Source of the DNA: an uncultured Gemmatimonadaceae bacterium
GTDB lineage: Bacteria; Gemmatimonadota; Gemmatimonadetes; Gemmatimonadales; Gemmatimonadaceae
Reading direction: 5' to 3'
Length of the DNA stretch: 64,000 nucleotides
Assembly: GCA_963843845.1 (NCBI GenBank)
Contig: CAWJMB010000002.1
Span: forward strand, 1,824,001 to 1,888,000
A program made the translations under genes and the position numbers. Positions 35,086 through 45,566 of the stretch are shown here, in pieces. The notes beneath the pieces are model-generated. The model saw only the letters and a program-made list of their open reading frames with translations. It was not told where the DNA came from and searched no databases. Position 1 is the stretch's first letter. Every line of letters starts with the position of its first letter.

Positions 35086-35627
35086 ATGCCGACTTACGAG
35101 TTTCGCTGCACGAACGGCCACCGCTTCGACGAGTTCCACAAGATCAGCGACGCGCCGGCGACGGCCATCTGTCCGACCTGCCTGGAGGTCGGCGAACGCA
35201 TCATCTCCGGGGGCGCCGGCCTCGTCTTCAAGGGGAGCGGATTCTACCTCACCGACTACGGCAAGAACGCCCACCGCTCGAGCGGGCCTGCGGCGAAGTC
35301 GGGCGAGTCGGGCGGCGGGGGTGAGAGCGGCGGCTCGTCGAGCGGCGGCGACAGCGGCGCGTCGAGCGCCTCGACGGGCGCCGGCGCGGGGGGGGATCGG
35401 GCCCGTCGACGGGGAGTCCGGCGAGCGGCTCGACGAGCGCTGCACCGGGCAGCCATGGCGGCTCGTCGGGTACCGGCAAGGGCGGTGCCGGCGGCAGCTC
35501 CGGCAGCGGCGGCAGCTCCGGCAGCGGCGGCGGCTCGGGAAGCGGCGGCGGGTCGGCCGGCGGCAGCGGCTCCGGGGGGTCGGGGAGCTCGGGGGCCTCG
35601 GGGAGCTCCGGCGGCGCAAGAGAATGA
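35086..35627 (+). CDS. FmdB-family zinc-ribbon protein with long Gly/Ser tail (indel in G8 run 35388-35395)
   Basis: MPTYEFRC..GH..CPTC..FKGSGFYLTDY; adding one G gives a continuous GS tail ending at the ATGA overlap with argS. Confidence 0.85.
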
Positions 35628-37381
35628 TCGCGTCGGACCGGATTCGCGCCGAGCTCGTTCGCGCCGCCCAGGCGCTCGGCGTCGCCGACGTCGACCCGAT
35701 CCTCGAGCGGCCGCGTGACCCGTCGTTCGGCGACTGGACGACGAACCTCGCGATGACGCTCGCGCGGGCGCTCAAGCGCCCGCCGCGCGACATCGCGCAG
35801 GCGCTGTTGGGGGCCATGGACCTCCCCGGCGCCGGTGTCGCGTCGGCCGACGTCGCGGGCGCGGGCTTCATCAACTTCCGCCTCGATCCCTCGCTCGTCG
35901 CGCGCGCCATCGCGCCGATCCTCGAGCGCGATGCCGAGTTCGGGCGCGACCACGCGTGGACGGGCGAGCGTGTGGTCGTCGAGTTCGTGAGCGCCAATCC
36001 GACCGGTCCGCTCCACGTCGGCCACGGGCGTCAGGCGGCGCTGGGCGACGCGATCGCGACGCTGCTCGACTGGACGGGGTGGAGCGTCTCGCGCGAGTTC
36101 TACTACAACGACTCCGGCGCGCAGATCGAGAACCTGGCGAAGAGCACGTGGGTTCGCGTGGCCGAGCGCGCCGGGATCGACGCCGCGATTCCCGACGGCG
36201 GGTACAACGGCGAGTACATCAGGGACATCGCCGAATCGTTCGTCGCGGCTGGAGGAATGCCTGGCACCGACGCGCTACGCGCCGGCGTCGCGTCGATCGC
36301 CGCCGGCCAGGTGCCGGGCGACGCCGATCTGTTCGACGCGATGCAGGCGCACGCCGTCGCAGCCCTGCGCGGCGAGCAGAACCTCGACCTCGCGGCGTTC
36401 GGCGTCGGCTTCGACACGTTCTACCTCGAGTCATCGCTCTATGCGCCCGGGTCGGCCGCGGACGCGATGCCGATGAGAGCCGGCGACGAGACGCGCCGGA
36501 TGACGGCGGTCGACGCCACCGTCGACGCCCTCGTCCGCGCCGGCGCGACCTACGAGGAAGACGGCGCCCTCTTTCTCCGCACGACCGCGTACGGCGACGA
36601 CAAGGATCGGGTGATGCGGCGCAGCGCCGCGAAGGGCGGCACGTACACGTACTTCGTGCCGGACGTCGCGTACCACGTGACCAAGTGGCAGCGGGGCTTC
36701 CCGCGCGCGATCAATGTGCAGGGAAGCGATCATCACGGCACGACCGCCCGCGTCCGCGCCGGTCTGCAGGCGATGGCGATGGGCATCCCGCCGGGCTACC
36801 CCGAGTACGTGCTGCACCAGATGGTGACGGTCACGCGAGACGGCGAAGAGGTGAAGATCTCGAAGCGCGCCGGGAGCTACGTCACGGTGCGCGACCTCAT
36901 CGACTGGGTCGGGCGCGACGGGGTGCGCTACTTCTACCTGCAGCGCAAAGGCGACTCGCACCTCGTGTTCGACGTCGACCTCGCGCGGTCGCAGAGCGAG
37001 GAGAACCCGATCTACCGCATCCAGATGGCGCATGCGCGGATGAGCGGCATCTTTCGCCAGGCCGGCGTCGACCCGACGTCGACGGACTGGTCGGCGGTTG
37101 ACTTCGCACCACTCGCCGAGCCGGCCGAGCAGGAGCTGATCAACGCCCTCGCCGACTTCCCGCGCGTCGTCTCGCAGGCCGCGGAGGCACTCGAGCCGCA
37201 TCGCGTCGCGTCGTATCTGCTGGAGACCGCGGGCCTCGCCCACGGCTGGTACCACAAGCACCACGTGCTCGGCCAGGAGGCCCCGCTCATGACGGCGCGC
37301 CTCGCGCTCGCTCGGGCGACGCAGATCGTGCTGCGGAACGGCCTCACGATCCTCGGCATCTCGGCGCCGGAGCGGATGTAG
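35624..37381 (+). CDS. argS: Arginine--tRNA ligase
   Basis: GAGFINF, EFVSANPTGPLHVGHGR, KISKRAG, QMAHAR, C-terminal APERM. Confidence 0.97.
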   Translation: MIASDRIRAELVRAAQALGVADVDPILERPRDPSFGDWTTNLAMTLARALKRPPRDIAQALLGAMDLPGAGVASADVAGAGFINFRLDPSLVARAIAPILERDAEFGRDHAWTGERVVVEFVSANPTGPLHVGHGRQAALGDAIATLLDWTGWSVSREFYYNDSGAQIENLAKSTWVRVAERAGIDAAIPDGGYNGEYIRDIAESFVAAGGMPGTDALRAGVASIAAGQVPGDADLFDAMQAHAVAALRGEQNLDLAAFGVGFDTFYLESSLYAPGSAADAMPMRAGDETRRMTAVDATVDALVRAGATYEEDGALFLRTTAYGDDKDRVMRRSAAKGGTYTYFVPDVAYHVTKWQRGFPRAINVQGSDHHGTTARVRAGLQAMAMGIPPGYPEYVLHQMVTVTRDGEEVKISKRAGSYVTVRDLIDWVGRDGVRYFYLQRKGDSHLVFDVDLARSQSEENPIYRIQMAHARMSGIFRQAGVDPTSTDWSAVDFAPLAEPAEQELINALADFPRVVSQAAEALEPHRVASYLLETAGLAHGWYHKHHVLGQEAPLMTARLALARATQIVLRNGLTILGISAPERM

Positions 37382-37383
37382 GC

Positions 37384-37500
37384 AGGGGACGCGGGATGCG
37401 GGAGTCCGTCGTCGGGCGGCCCAGCGTGCCCGCGTCCAGCGTCCAGCGTCACCGCGCCCCGCGTCCCGGCAGTCCAGATCTCCGATCTCCGATCCCCGGA
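37384..37500. repeat. Intergenic degenerate heptamer tandem repeats with a 10-bp inverted repeat
   Basis: CCAGCGT x3, CCAGATC-TCCGATC-TCCGATC, GACGCGG-GATGCGG; GGGACGCGGG (37386) pairs with CCCGCGTCCC (37458). Confidence 0.6.
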
Positions 37501-37511
37501 TTCTCACTCTC

Positions 37512-38461
37512 ATGTCCGTTCTCGTCGTAGGCTCGGTCGCGCTCGACTCGGTGGAGACGCCGTTCGGCAAGGCCGACAACGTGTTGGGCGGGTCGGGAAC
37601 GTTCTTCTCGGCGTCCGCGAGCCACCTCACGCCAGTGCAGCTCGTCGGCGTCGTCGGGAACGACTACCCCCTCGATCAGCTGCAGCCGCTGGCCGCGCGC
37701 GGGGTCGACCTCTCCGGCGTCGAGACGGCGGACGGCCCGTCCTTCCGCTGGCGCGGCCGCTATCGCCACGACCTCAACTCCGCCGAGACCCTCGAGACGC
37801 ACCTCGGCGTCTTCTCGCACTTCGCGCCGAAGATTCCGGACGCGTTCCGCGACGCGCCGTTCGTGTTCCTCGCGAACATCGATCCACGCCTCCAGCTCGG
37901 CGTGCTGGAGCAGGTGTCGCGGCCGAAGCTCGTCGCGTGCGACACGATGAACTTCTGGATCGAGAGTCGCCGCCCTGAACTGCTGCAACTGTTCTCGAAG
38001 GTGGACATGGTGTTGCTGAACGACGGCGAGGCGCGCCAGCTCACCGAGCAGACGAACCTCGTGCACGCGGCGCGATGGCTGCTCGACCGCGGTCCCAAAT
38101 ACGTCATCATCAAGAAGGGCGAGCACGGCGCGTTTCTGTTCAGCCGGGACTCGATCTTCTTCGCGCCGGCATATCCCCTGGAGAGCGTGTTCGACCCGAC
38201 TGGTGCCGGCGATTCGTTCGCCGGCGGCTTCATCGGCTATCTCGCTCGCAGCAACGACGCTCGACGAGGCGAACGATGCGTCGCGCCGTGATCTACGGAT
38301 CGGCGATGGGTTCGTTCGCGGTCGAACAGTTCTCGATCGGCCGGCTGCTGGAGATCACGCGCGCCGACATCGATCGTCGCGTGCACGAGTTCCGGAAGCT
38401 CGTGTCGTTCGACATCGAGATGGCTGACGCGATGCCGAGCGATTCGGCTGCGGCGCAGTGA
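37512..38461 (+). CDS. PfkB/ribokinase-family carbohydrate or nucleoside kinase (indel near 38265)
   Basis: VGSVALD, LGGSG, IKKGEHGA, DPTGAGDSFAGG. Confidence 0.9.
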
Positions 38462-39487
38462 GCGCGACGCCGCTCGACTACCGCGCGGCCGGGGTCGACC
38501 TCGACGCGGCGGACGCGGCCAAGTGGCGCCTCAAGCGGCTCGTCGAGAGCACGATGACGGCGGGCGCGCGCGGCGCCTTCGGCGGCTTCGGCGGGATGTT
38601 CCGAGTGCCCGGAGGCATGCGCGCGCCGCTGCTCGTCGCGAGCGCGGACGGCGTCGGGACGAAAGTCAAAGTCGCGGTCGAGGCGGGGCGATTCGACACG
38701 GTCGGTCACGACCTCGTGAACCACTGCGTCAACGACGTGCTCGTGCAGGGCGCTCGCCCGCTGTTCTTCCTCGACTACGTCGCGTTCGGGAAGCTCGTTC
38801 CCGACGTCGTCGAGGCGATCGTCGCGGGCGTCGCGGCCGGATGTCGCGAGAACGGGTGCGCGCTCATCGGAGGCGAGACGGCGGAGATGCCTGGCGTCTA
38901 CACGCCCCCCGACTTCGATCTCGCGGGCTTCATCGTCGGCTGCGTCGAGGAGGACGCGGTGCTCGGCGCCGACCGCGTTCGCCGTGGCGATACCGTCGTC
39001 GGGCTCGAGAGCTCCGGGCTGCACACGAACGGCTACTCGCTCGCCCGTCGCATCGTGGCCGACCGGCTGCGCCTCGGACCGGCACGATCCCTTCCCGGAG
39101 AGCGACGGCACGGTCGCGGACGCACTGCTCGCCGTGCACCGCTCCTACCTCGCCGCCCTCGGTCCGGTGCTCGACCGGGTGCACGCGCTGGCGCACATCA
39201 CGGGCGGCGGGGTGCCCGGGAACCTGGACCGCGTGCTGCCGCCGGACTGCGACGCGGTGATCGACACGACCAGTTGGACCGTCCCGCCGCTGTTCCGCGT
39301 GCTCGAGGACGCAGGCGGCGTGGCGCGCGACGAGATGTATCGAACGTTCAACATGGGCGTCGGTATGACGGTCATCACGGACCCCGCCGACGCGGACGGG
39401 GTGATCGACGCCGCGGCGCGCGCGGGAGTGCGGGCGTGGCCCGTGGGACGCATCCGACAGGGGAGTGGACGTGTCCAACTCGACTGA
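38458..39487 (+). CDS. purM: Phosphoribosylformylglycinamidine cyclo-ligase (indel near 39080)
   Basis: YRAAGVD, DGVGTK, GGETAEMPG, SSGLHTNGYSL, AHITGGG, TFNMGVG. Confidence 0.95.
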
Positions 39488-39521
39488 CCTCAGCCACATG
39501 ACGCCCAACGCAGGAGTCTCG

Positions 39522-40544
39522 ATGCAACACCGCTCGCTCGCTCGCCGCGCCACGCCGTTGCTCGCTGCCGTCACGACGCTCGCCGCCGCCACGGTGCACG
39601 CGCAGGGTGCGGTTTCCAGCCAGTGCGCGTCGCAACTCTTCGTCGCGGTCGACGCGTGTCAGAAGGCGGTCGACCTGTTCAACTTCATGGCTCCGCAGCT
39701 CGGCACGTCGATCACCGGCGGCAACGCCGTCATCGGCAGCGCCGGCACGCTCGGCGGGCTGGGCCACTTCAGCTTCGGAGTACGCGCGAACATCCTGCAG
39801 GGGCAGCTCCCGCAGACCGACGACGTCACGCTCAGCGTCACCAGCGCGCAGCGCAGCGACTTCGCGCCGAAGCGGCAGCTCCTCGGGCTTCCGACGGCCG
39901 AGGCCGCCGTGGGGATCTTCCCGGGCGTCAACGTCGGGGCGACGAACGTCGGCGGCATCGACGCACTCGTCAGCGCGTTCTACGTGCCCGACATCGAGGA
40001 GGACCCGGTGAGCGTGCGCGTGACCGACGGCCACCTGCGGATCGGCTACGGCGTGCGACTCGGCATCGTGCAGGAGACGGCGTTCGTTCCCGGCATCTCG
40101 GTCTCGTATCTGCGTCGGGATCTGCCGAAGGTCGACCTCCGCGCGCGCATCGGGACGGCCGATTCGGTTCGCGTCACCGATCTCGAGGCGAAGACGACGG
40201 TGTGGCGCCTGGCCGCGAGCAAGCGGTTCACGATCCTCGGTCTCACCGCCGGCGTCGGCCAGGACCGGTACGATTCGCAGGCGAACACGGGGGCCTATGT
40301 CGCGCCGCGTCAGGTCGGCCCGGTGTCCGTCAGCTACAACGGCACGGTCGCCGGCGTCTCGCAGAAGCTCACGCGCACGAACTACTTCGGCGGCGCGATG
40401 CTCGCACTCCCCGGCCTCCGCGTCGCGGCCGAGATCGGGCAGGTGACGGGGGGCGACGTCGTGACGCCGTTCAACTCGTTCGGCGACCGCAAGGCGAACG
40501 ATACGTACACGTACGGCTCGCTCGGGCTGCGCGTCGCCTTCTGA
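39522..40544 (+). CDS. Secreted protein, probable outer-membrane beta-barrel
   Basis: SD CAGGAG, signal peptide (VHA-Q), amphipathic strands, C-terminal YGSLGLRVAF beta-signal. Confidence 0.7.
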   Translation: MQHRSLARRATPLLAAVTTLAAATVHAQGAVSSQCASQLFVAVDACQKAVDLFNFMAPQLGTSITGGNAVIGSAGTLGGLGHFSFGVRANILQGQLPQTDDVTLSVTSAQRSDFAPKRQLLGLPTAEAAVGIFPGVNVGATNVGGIDALVSAFYVPDIEEDPVSVRVTDGHLRIGYGVRLGIVQETAFVPGISVSYLRRDLPKVDLRARIGTADSVRVTDLEAKTTVWRLAASKRFTILGLTAGVGQDRYDSQANTGAYVAPRQVGPVSVSYNGTVAGVSQKLTRTNYFGGAMLALPGLRVAAEIGQVTGGDVVTPFNSFGDRKANDTYTYGSLGLRVAF

Positions 40545-41662
40545 TGCGCGGCGTGCGCGACGCGGCGGCGTCCGCGTCGCAGCGCGACGCCGCATTCATG
40601 CGCCGCGCGCTGCGGCTCGCGCGCCGCGGTTGGGGATCGACGGCGCCGAACCCGATGGTCGGCGCCGTCATCGTCCGCGACGGCGAGGTCGTCGGCGAGG
40701 GGTGGCACGCGCGGCACGGCGGGCCGCACGCCGAGGTCGTCGCGTTAGGCGTCGCCGGTGAACGCGCCCGGGGCGCGACCGCGTACGTGTCGCTCGAGCC
40801 GTGCAACCACCACGGCAAGACGCCGCCGTGCAGCGAGGCGCTCATCGCCGCCGGCGTGCGGCGCGTCGTCGTCGCCGTCGCCGATCCGAGCGAGGTCGCG
40901 GCAGGCGGCGCCGCCCGCTTGCGAGCGGCCGGCATCGACGTGCAGGTCGGCGTCGAAGCCGAGGCAGCTCGCGAGGTGAACGCGCCGTTCTTCTTCGCGC
41001 AGCGCGCGGGGCGGCCCTGGGTCACGCTGAAACTCGCGCTGTCGATCGACGGTGGCATCGCGGATCACACACGCGAACAGGGGTGGCTCACGGGTCGGCG
41101 CGCGCGCCGCGAGGTGCACCGCCTGCGCGCGAACAGCGACGCGATCGCGGTCGGCATCGGGACGGCGCTCGCCGACGATCCGGCGCTCACCGTGCGCGAC
41201 GTCGGCGCGCCGCGCGTGCCGCCGCTCCGCCTCGTGTTCGATCGCGATGCGCGCCTGCCGCTCACCTCGCGCCTCGTGCAGACGCTGAGCGAGGGACCCG
41301 TGATCGTCGTCTGCGCGAGTGCGTCGTCTCCGTCCGCCGTCGGACTCGCGAACGCGGGGGTTCGGATCGTCGCCGAGCGTTCGCTCGATGCCGCGCTGAC
41401 GACGCTCCGCGCCGAGCACGGCGTCCGCGCCCTGCTCGTCGAGGGCGGCGCCGGGCTCGCGAGCGCGCTCTGGGGCGCCGCCCTCGTGGACCGGCTGATT
41501 ACCTTTCAGGCGCCGCTCATCCTCGGCCGCGGCGCGCTCCGGGCCTTCGGCAGCGCGCCGGCCGAGCGCGCTGCAGACGCGCGGAGACTGCGGATCATCG
41601 AGCGCCGCGCGCTCGGCGCCGATGCCATGAGCGTTTACGAGGTTCACGCACTGGAGTCCTGA
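40544..41662 (+). CDS. ribD: Bifunctional riboflavin deaminase/reductase
   Basis: PNPMVGAV, PHAE, LEPCNHHGKTPPC, DDPALTVR, LVEGG. Confidence 0.96.
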   Translation: MRGVRDAAASASQRDAAFMRRALRLARRGWGSTAPNPMVGAVIVRDGEVVGEGWHARHGGPHAEVVALGVAGERARGATAYVSLEPCNHHGKTPPCSEALIAAGVRRVVVAVADPSEVAAGGAARLRAAGIDVQVGVEAEAAREVNAPFFFAQRAGRPWVTLKLALSIDGGIADHTREQGWLTGRRARREVHRLRANSDAIAVGIGTALADDPALTVRDVGAPRVPPLRLVFDRDARLPLTSRLVQTLSEGPVIVVCASASSPSAVGLANAGVRIVAERSLDAALTTLRAEHGVRALLVEGGAGLASALWGAALVDRLITFQAPLILGRGALRAFGSAPAERAADARRLRIIERRALGADAMSVYEVHALES

Positions 41663-41667
41663 GGCAC

Positions 41668-42267
41668 GTGTTCACGGGGTTGGTCGACGACGTCGGACGG
41701 ATCGAGCAGGTCACCACGACCGAAGCGGGGCGCGAGCTGCGGATCCGCTGCCGCTACGACGATCTCGCAGCCGGCGAGAGCATCGCGTGCGACGGCGTCT
41801 GCCTCACGGTGCGCGAGTTCGGCACGGGCTGGTTCACCGTGGCCGCCGCGTTCATGACGCTGGCGCGCACGACGTTGAACGGGTGGCAGGTCGGCCGGCC
41901 CGTGAACCTGGAGCGCGCGCTGCGGCTGGGCGACCGGCTCGGTGGGCACATGGTGCAGGGGCACGTCGATGCGGTCGGATCCGTCGTCGCCGCGCGCGTG
42001 CACGACGATGCGTGGCTCATCGACGTCGCGGTGCCCGACGAGATCGACGAGCTCCTCGTGCCACACGGCTCGATCACGCTCGACGGCGTCAGTCTCACGG
42101 TGAACGCGCTCCCCGACCGGGGCATCGTGCAAGTCTCGATCATCGAGTACACGCGCCGCCACACGACGTTAGGCGGCTACGAACCAGGGCGACGCGTCAA
42201 CCTCGAAGGAGACGTCGTCGGCAAGTATGTGCGGCGGCTCGCGTCGCCGCATCTCGCGAACAGGTAA
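41668..42267 (+). CDS. ribE: Riboflavin synthase alpha chain
   Basis: (M)FTGLV N-terminus, [28 protein letters not shown]. Confidence 0.96.
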   Translation: MFTGLVDDVGRIEQVTTTEAGRELRIRCRYDDLAAGESIACDGVCLTVREFGTGWFTVAAAFMTLARTTLNGWQVGRPVNLERALRLGDRLGGHMVQGHVDAVGSVVAARVHDDAWLIDVAVPDEIDELLVPHGSITLDGVSLTVNALPDRGIVQVSIIEYTRRHTTLGGYEPGRRVNLEGDVVGKYVRRLASPHLANR

Positions 42268-42273
42268 GCCGTC

Positions 42274-43476
42274 ATGCCATTCGGGACCGTCGAGCAAGCC
42301 ATCGAAGACATCCGCGCCGGGAAATTCGTTCTCGTGGCGGATGACGAGGATCGCGAGAACGAAGGCGATCTGGTCGGCGCGGCCGAGCTCGTCACGCCGG
42401 AGAAGATCAACTTCCTCCTCGACGCGAAAGGGTGGATCTGTCTCGCGCTCACCCCCGAACGGTGCGAGGAGCTCGAGCTCGGTCCGATGAGCCGCGGCAA
42501 TACCGAGGCGATGAAGACGGCGTTCACCGTGACGATCGACGCGTCCGCGCGCTACGGCGTGACGACCGGCATCAGCGCCTCTGACCGCGCCACGACGATC
42601 CGCGTCGCGGTCGACCCGCTGACCGTGCCCGCCGACCTCCGCCGCCCCGGTCACGTGAACCCGTTACGCGCGCGGCCCGGCGGCGTGCTGCAGCGCGTCG
42701 GCCACACCGAGGCCGCGGTCGACCTCGCACGACTGGCGGGGCTCACGCCGGCCGGCGTCATCTGCGAAGTGTTGAACGCCGACGGATCGGCTGCGCGCCG
42801 GCCGGAGCTCGAGGCGTTCGCGGAGAAGCACGGCCTGACGTTCATCACGGTCGCGCAGCTCGTCGCGTATCGCCTGCGCCACGAGAGTCTGGTGCACCGC
42901 GTGGCGGACGCTCGCCTCCCGACGGAGTTCGGCGAGTGGAAGATCGTCGGGTACCGCAACGACGTCGACGACCACGAGCACGTGGCGATCGTCTACGGCG
43001 ACGTCGGCGACGGTGAGAACGTCCTCGTCCGCATGCATTCGAAGTGCCTGACCGGCGACGTCTTCCACTCGATGCGCTGCGACTGCGGCTGGCAGCTGCA
43101 CACGGCCATGGAGATGGTCGCCGAGGAAGGCCGCGGCGTGATCGTGTATCTCGATCAGGAGGGGCGCGGGATCGGGCTGCTGAACAAGCTCAAGGCCTAC
43201 GAGCTGCAAGATCGCGGCGCCGACACGGTCGAGGCGAACGAGCGACTCGGCTTCAAGCCCGACCTGCGCAACTACGGCATCGGCGCGCAGATCCTGCGAG
43301 ACCTCGGGCTTCGCTCCATTCGCGTCATGACGAACAACCCGCGGAAGCTGGTCGGCCTCGAAGGGTACGGGCTGCGCGTCGTCGAAGGGGTGCGGATCCA
43401 GGCGCCGCAGACGAGCGAGAACGCGGGCTACCTCGCGACGAAGCGCGCCAAGCTCGGCCACCTGCTCGCGTCGTGA
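42274..43476 (+). CDS. ribBA: DHBP synthase / GTP cyclohydrolase II
   Basis: [52 protein letters not shown]. Confidence 0.97.
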   Translation: MPFGTVEQAIEDIRAGKFVLVADDEDRENEGDLVGAAELVTPEKINFLLDAKGWICLALTPERCEELELGPMSRGNTEAMKTAFTVTIDASARYGVTTGISASDRATTIRVAVDPLTVPADLRRPGHVNPLRARPGGVLQRVGHTEAAVDLARLAGLTPAGVICEVLNADGSAARRPELEAFAEKHGLTFITVAQLVAYRLRHESLVHRVADARLPTEFGEWKIVGYRNDVDDHEHVAIVYGDVGDGENVLVRMHSKCLTGDVFHSMRCDCGWQLHTAMEMVAEEGRGVIVYLDQEGRGIGLLNKLKAYELQDRGADTVEANERLGFKPDLRNYGIGAQILRDLGLRSIRVMTNNPRKLVGLEGYGLRVVEGVRIQAPQTSENAGYLATKRAKLGHLLAS

Positions 43477-43535
43477 CCGCGCCGCGTCGCACGCTCCCGA
43501 TCCTGATCGACGACCCCGCCACGCCTGCCGAGTAC

Positions 43536-44060
43536 ATGACCGAGTTCACAGGTGCCCCGAACGCCGCCGGACGACGCTTCGCCGTCGTCGCCAGCCGCTT
43601 CAACGAGGGCGTGACGCGGGCGCTCGCCGACGGCGCCATCGACGCGCTGACTCGCCACGGTGCGACGCCCGGCGACGTCGACCTCGTCTGGGTGCCGGGC
43701 GCGTGGGAGCTGCCAGCCGCCGTCCGCAAGGTGCTGTCGAGCGATCGCTACGCCGCGGTCGTCGCGCTCGGCGCGGTCGTCCGCGGCGAGACGCCGCATT
43801 TCGATTTCGTGGCCGGCGAGGCGGCGCGTGGCCTCGCCGACGCGAGCGCCGAGTACGACGTGCCGCTGGCGTTGGGGCTGCTGACGACCGACACGATGGA
43901 GCAGGCGGAGGCGCGTGCCGGCGGCGCGCACGGCAACAAAGGATGGGACGCCGCGATGGCCGCGATCGAGATGGCCGACCTCTTCGCCATGCTCGACGAC
44001 GCGGGCGACTCGGGCGACGCGGGCGACGAGATGGACGGAGGGGTGGATGCCGAAGGGTGA
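43536..44060 (+). CDS. ribH: 6,7-dimethyl-8-ribityllumazine synthase
   Basis: SRFNE, VPGAWELP, RGETPHFD, GNKGWDAA; acidic C-terminal tail. Confidence 0.96.
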   Translation: MTEFTGAPNAAGRRFAVVASRFNEGVTRALADGAIDALTRHGATPGDVDLVWVPGAWELPAAVRKVLSSDRYAAVVALGAVVRGETPHFDFVAGEAARGLADASAEYDVPLALGLLTTDTMEQAEARAGGAHGNKGWDAAMAAIEMADLFAMLDDAGDSGDAGDEMDGGVDAEG

Positions 44061-44469
44061 GCGCCTCGAGAGCCGCGCTCGCGCCCGCGCGCTGCAGGCG
44101 TTGTACGCCTGGGACGTGCGCGGCGTCGACGGGCTCGAGCGCATCGCCACGCAGCTGTGGGACGACCTCGCGGTCGGACCCGAGGAACGACGGATCGCGA
44201 GCGGGATCGTCCGCGAGATGATCCGGCACGGGGAAGAGATCGACCGCGAGCTGCGTGACGTCACGACGAACTGGCGCCTCGAGCGACTCGGCGCGATCGA
44301 GCGTACGGTCCTGCGGCTCGCGGCGTCCGAGCTGCGACAGGGCACGACGCCGCCCAAGGTCGTGATCCAGGAAGCGGTGCGCCTCGCCGAGCGATACGGG
44401 AGCGAGCAGAGCGCGCGCTTCGTGAACGGCATCGTCGACGCGCTGGCCCGACGCAGCGGACGGCTTTGA
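44047..44469 (+). CDS. nusB: Transcription antitermination factor NusB
   Basis: RARALQALY, WRLERL, VVIQEAVRLA, FVNGIVD; follows ribH. Confidence 0.93.
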   Translation: MPKGERLESRARARALQALYAWDVRGVDGLERIATQLWDDLAVGPEERRIASGIVREMIRHGEEIDRELRDVTTNWRLERLGAIERTVLRLAASELRQGTTPPKVVIQEAVRLAERYGSEQSARFVNGIVDALARRSGRL

Positions 44470-45566
44470 GGATCCAGCTCGTCAACTGGCAGGACCGCGA
44501 GAACCCGCAGGCCGGCGGCGCCGAGCTCCATCTGCACGAGATCTTCGGGCGCCTCGCGAGGCAGGGGCACGAGGTGACGCTACTGTGCGGCGGCTGGCCC
44601 GGTGGCGCGCCGCGCGCCCGGCTCGACGGCATCGATGTGCACCGCGTCGGCACACGCGCGACCTTTCCGCTACACGTGCGCCGCTACTGGAAGGGCATCC
44701 TCGCGCCGCTGCGTCCCGACGTGCTCGTGGAGGACATCAACAAGGTCCCGTTGTACACGCCGCTCTGGCGCGGCGCGCCCCCCGTCGTCGCGCTCGTGCC
44801 GCATCTCTTCGGTGGGACCGCGTTTCAGGAAGCGTCGTGGCCGCTCGCGGCCGCCGTCTGGAGCGCCGAGCGTCCGCTGCCGCTCGTCTATCGGCGGAGC
44901 GCGTTTCACGCCATCAGCCGGAGCACCGCGGACGATCTGGTCGCGCGCGGTGTGCGCCGCGACCGCATCCGCGTCATCTACCCGGGGATCGACACGGCGC
45001 ACTTCACGCCGGCGCTCGACCGACGCTCGCCGACACCGCTCGTCGTCTACCTGGGCCGGCTCAAGCGCTACAAGGGCGTCGACCTCGTGCTGCGCGCGTT
45101 CGCGCGCGTTCGAGATCCGCAGGCGCGGCTCGTGATCGCCGGCACGGGTGACTTTCGCGCCGAGCTCGAGCGGCTCGCCGCTTCGCTTGCGCTCGCCGAT
45201 CGCGTGGACTTTCTTGGGTTCGTCAGCGAAGCCGAGAAGCGCGACCTGCTGCGACGCGCGTGGACGCTCGCGTTCGCGTCGCCGAAAGAGGGGTGGGGAA
45301 TCACGAACTTGGAAGCCGCGGCGTGCGCGACGCCGGTCGTCGCAGCGAACTCGCCGGGCCTCCGTGAGAGTGTGCGCGACGGCGAGACCGGATTCCTCGT
45401 GCCGTATGGAGACGTCGATGCGATGGCCGAACGGATGCAACGACTCGTAACGGACCGCGAACTCGTGGAGCGTCTCGGTCGGAGCGGACGCGCGTTCGCC
45501 GAGACGTTCACGTGGGAGCGCGCGGCCGCGGAGTCGCTCGAGCAGCTCGCCGCGGCGGCGCGCTGA
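44466..45566 (+). CDS. Glycosyltransferase family 4
   Basis: AGGAE, LGRLKRYKG, EGWGITNLEA (EX7E), DGETGFLV. Confidence 0.92.
   Translation: MRIQLVNWQDRENPQAGGAELHLHEIFGRLARQGHEVTLLCGGWPGGAPRARLDGIDVHRVGTRATFPLHVRRYWKGILAPLRPDVLVEDINKVPLYTPLWRGAPPVVALVPHLFGGTAFQEASWPLAAAVWSAERPLPLVYRRSAFHAISRSTADDLVARGVRRDRIRVIYPGIDTAHFTPALDRRSPTPLVVYLGRLKRYKGVDLVLRAFARVRDPQARLVIAGTGDFRAELERLAASLALADRVDFLGFVSEAEKRDLLRRAWTLAFASPKEGWGITNLEAAACATPVVAANSPGLRESVRDGETGFLVPYGDVDAMAERMQRLVTDRELVERLGRSGRAFAETFTWERAAAESLEQLAAAAR

Noticed and set aside
35460..35620. GC-rich repeats as a CRISPR array
   Set aside because: Codon-phased Gly/Ser low complexity; no constant repeat with unique spacers and no cas genes.
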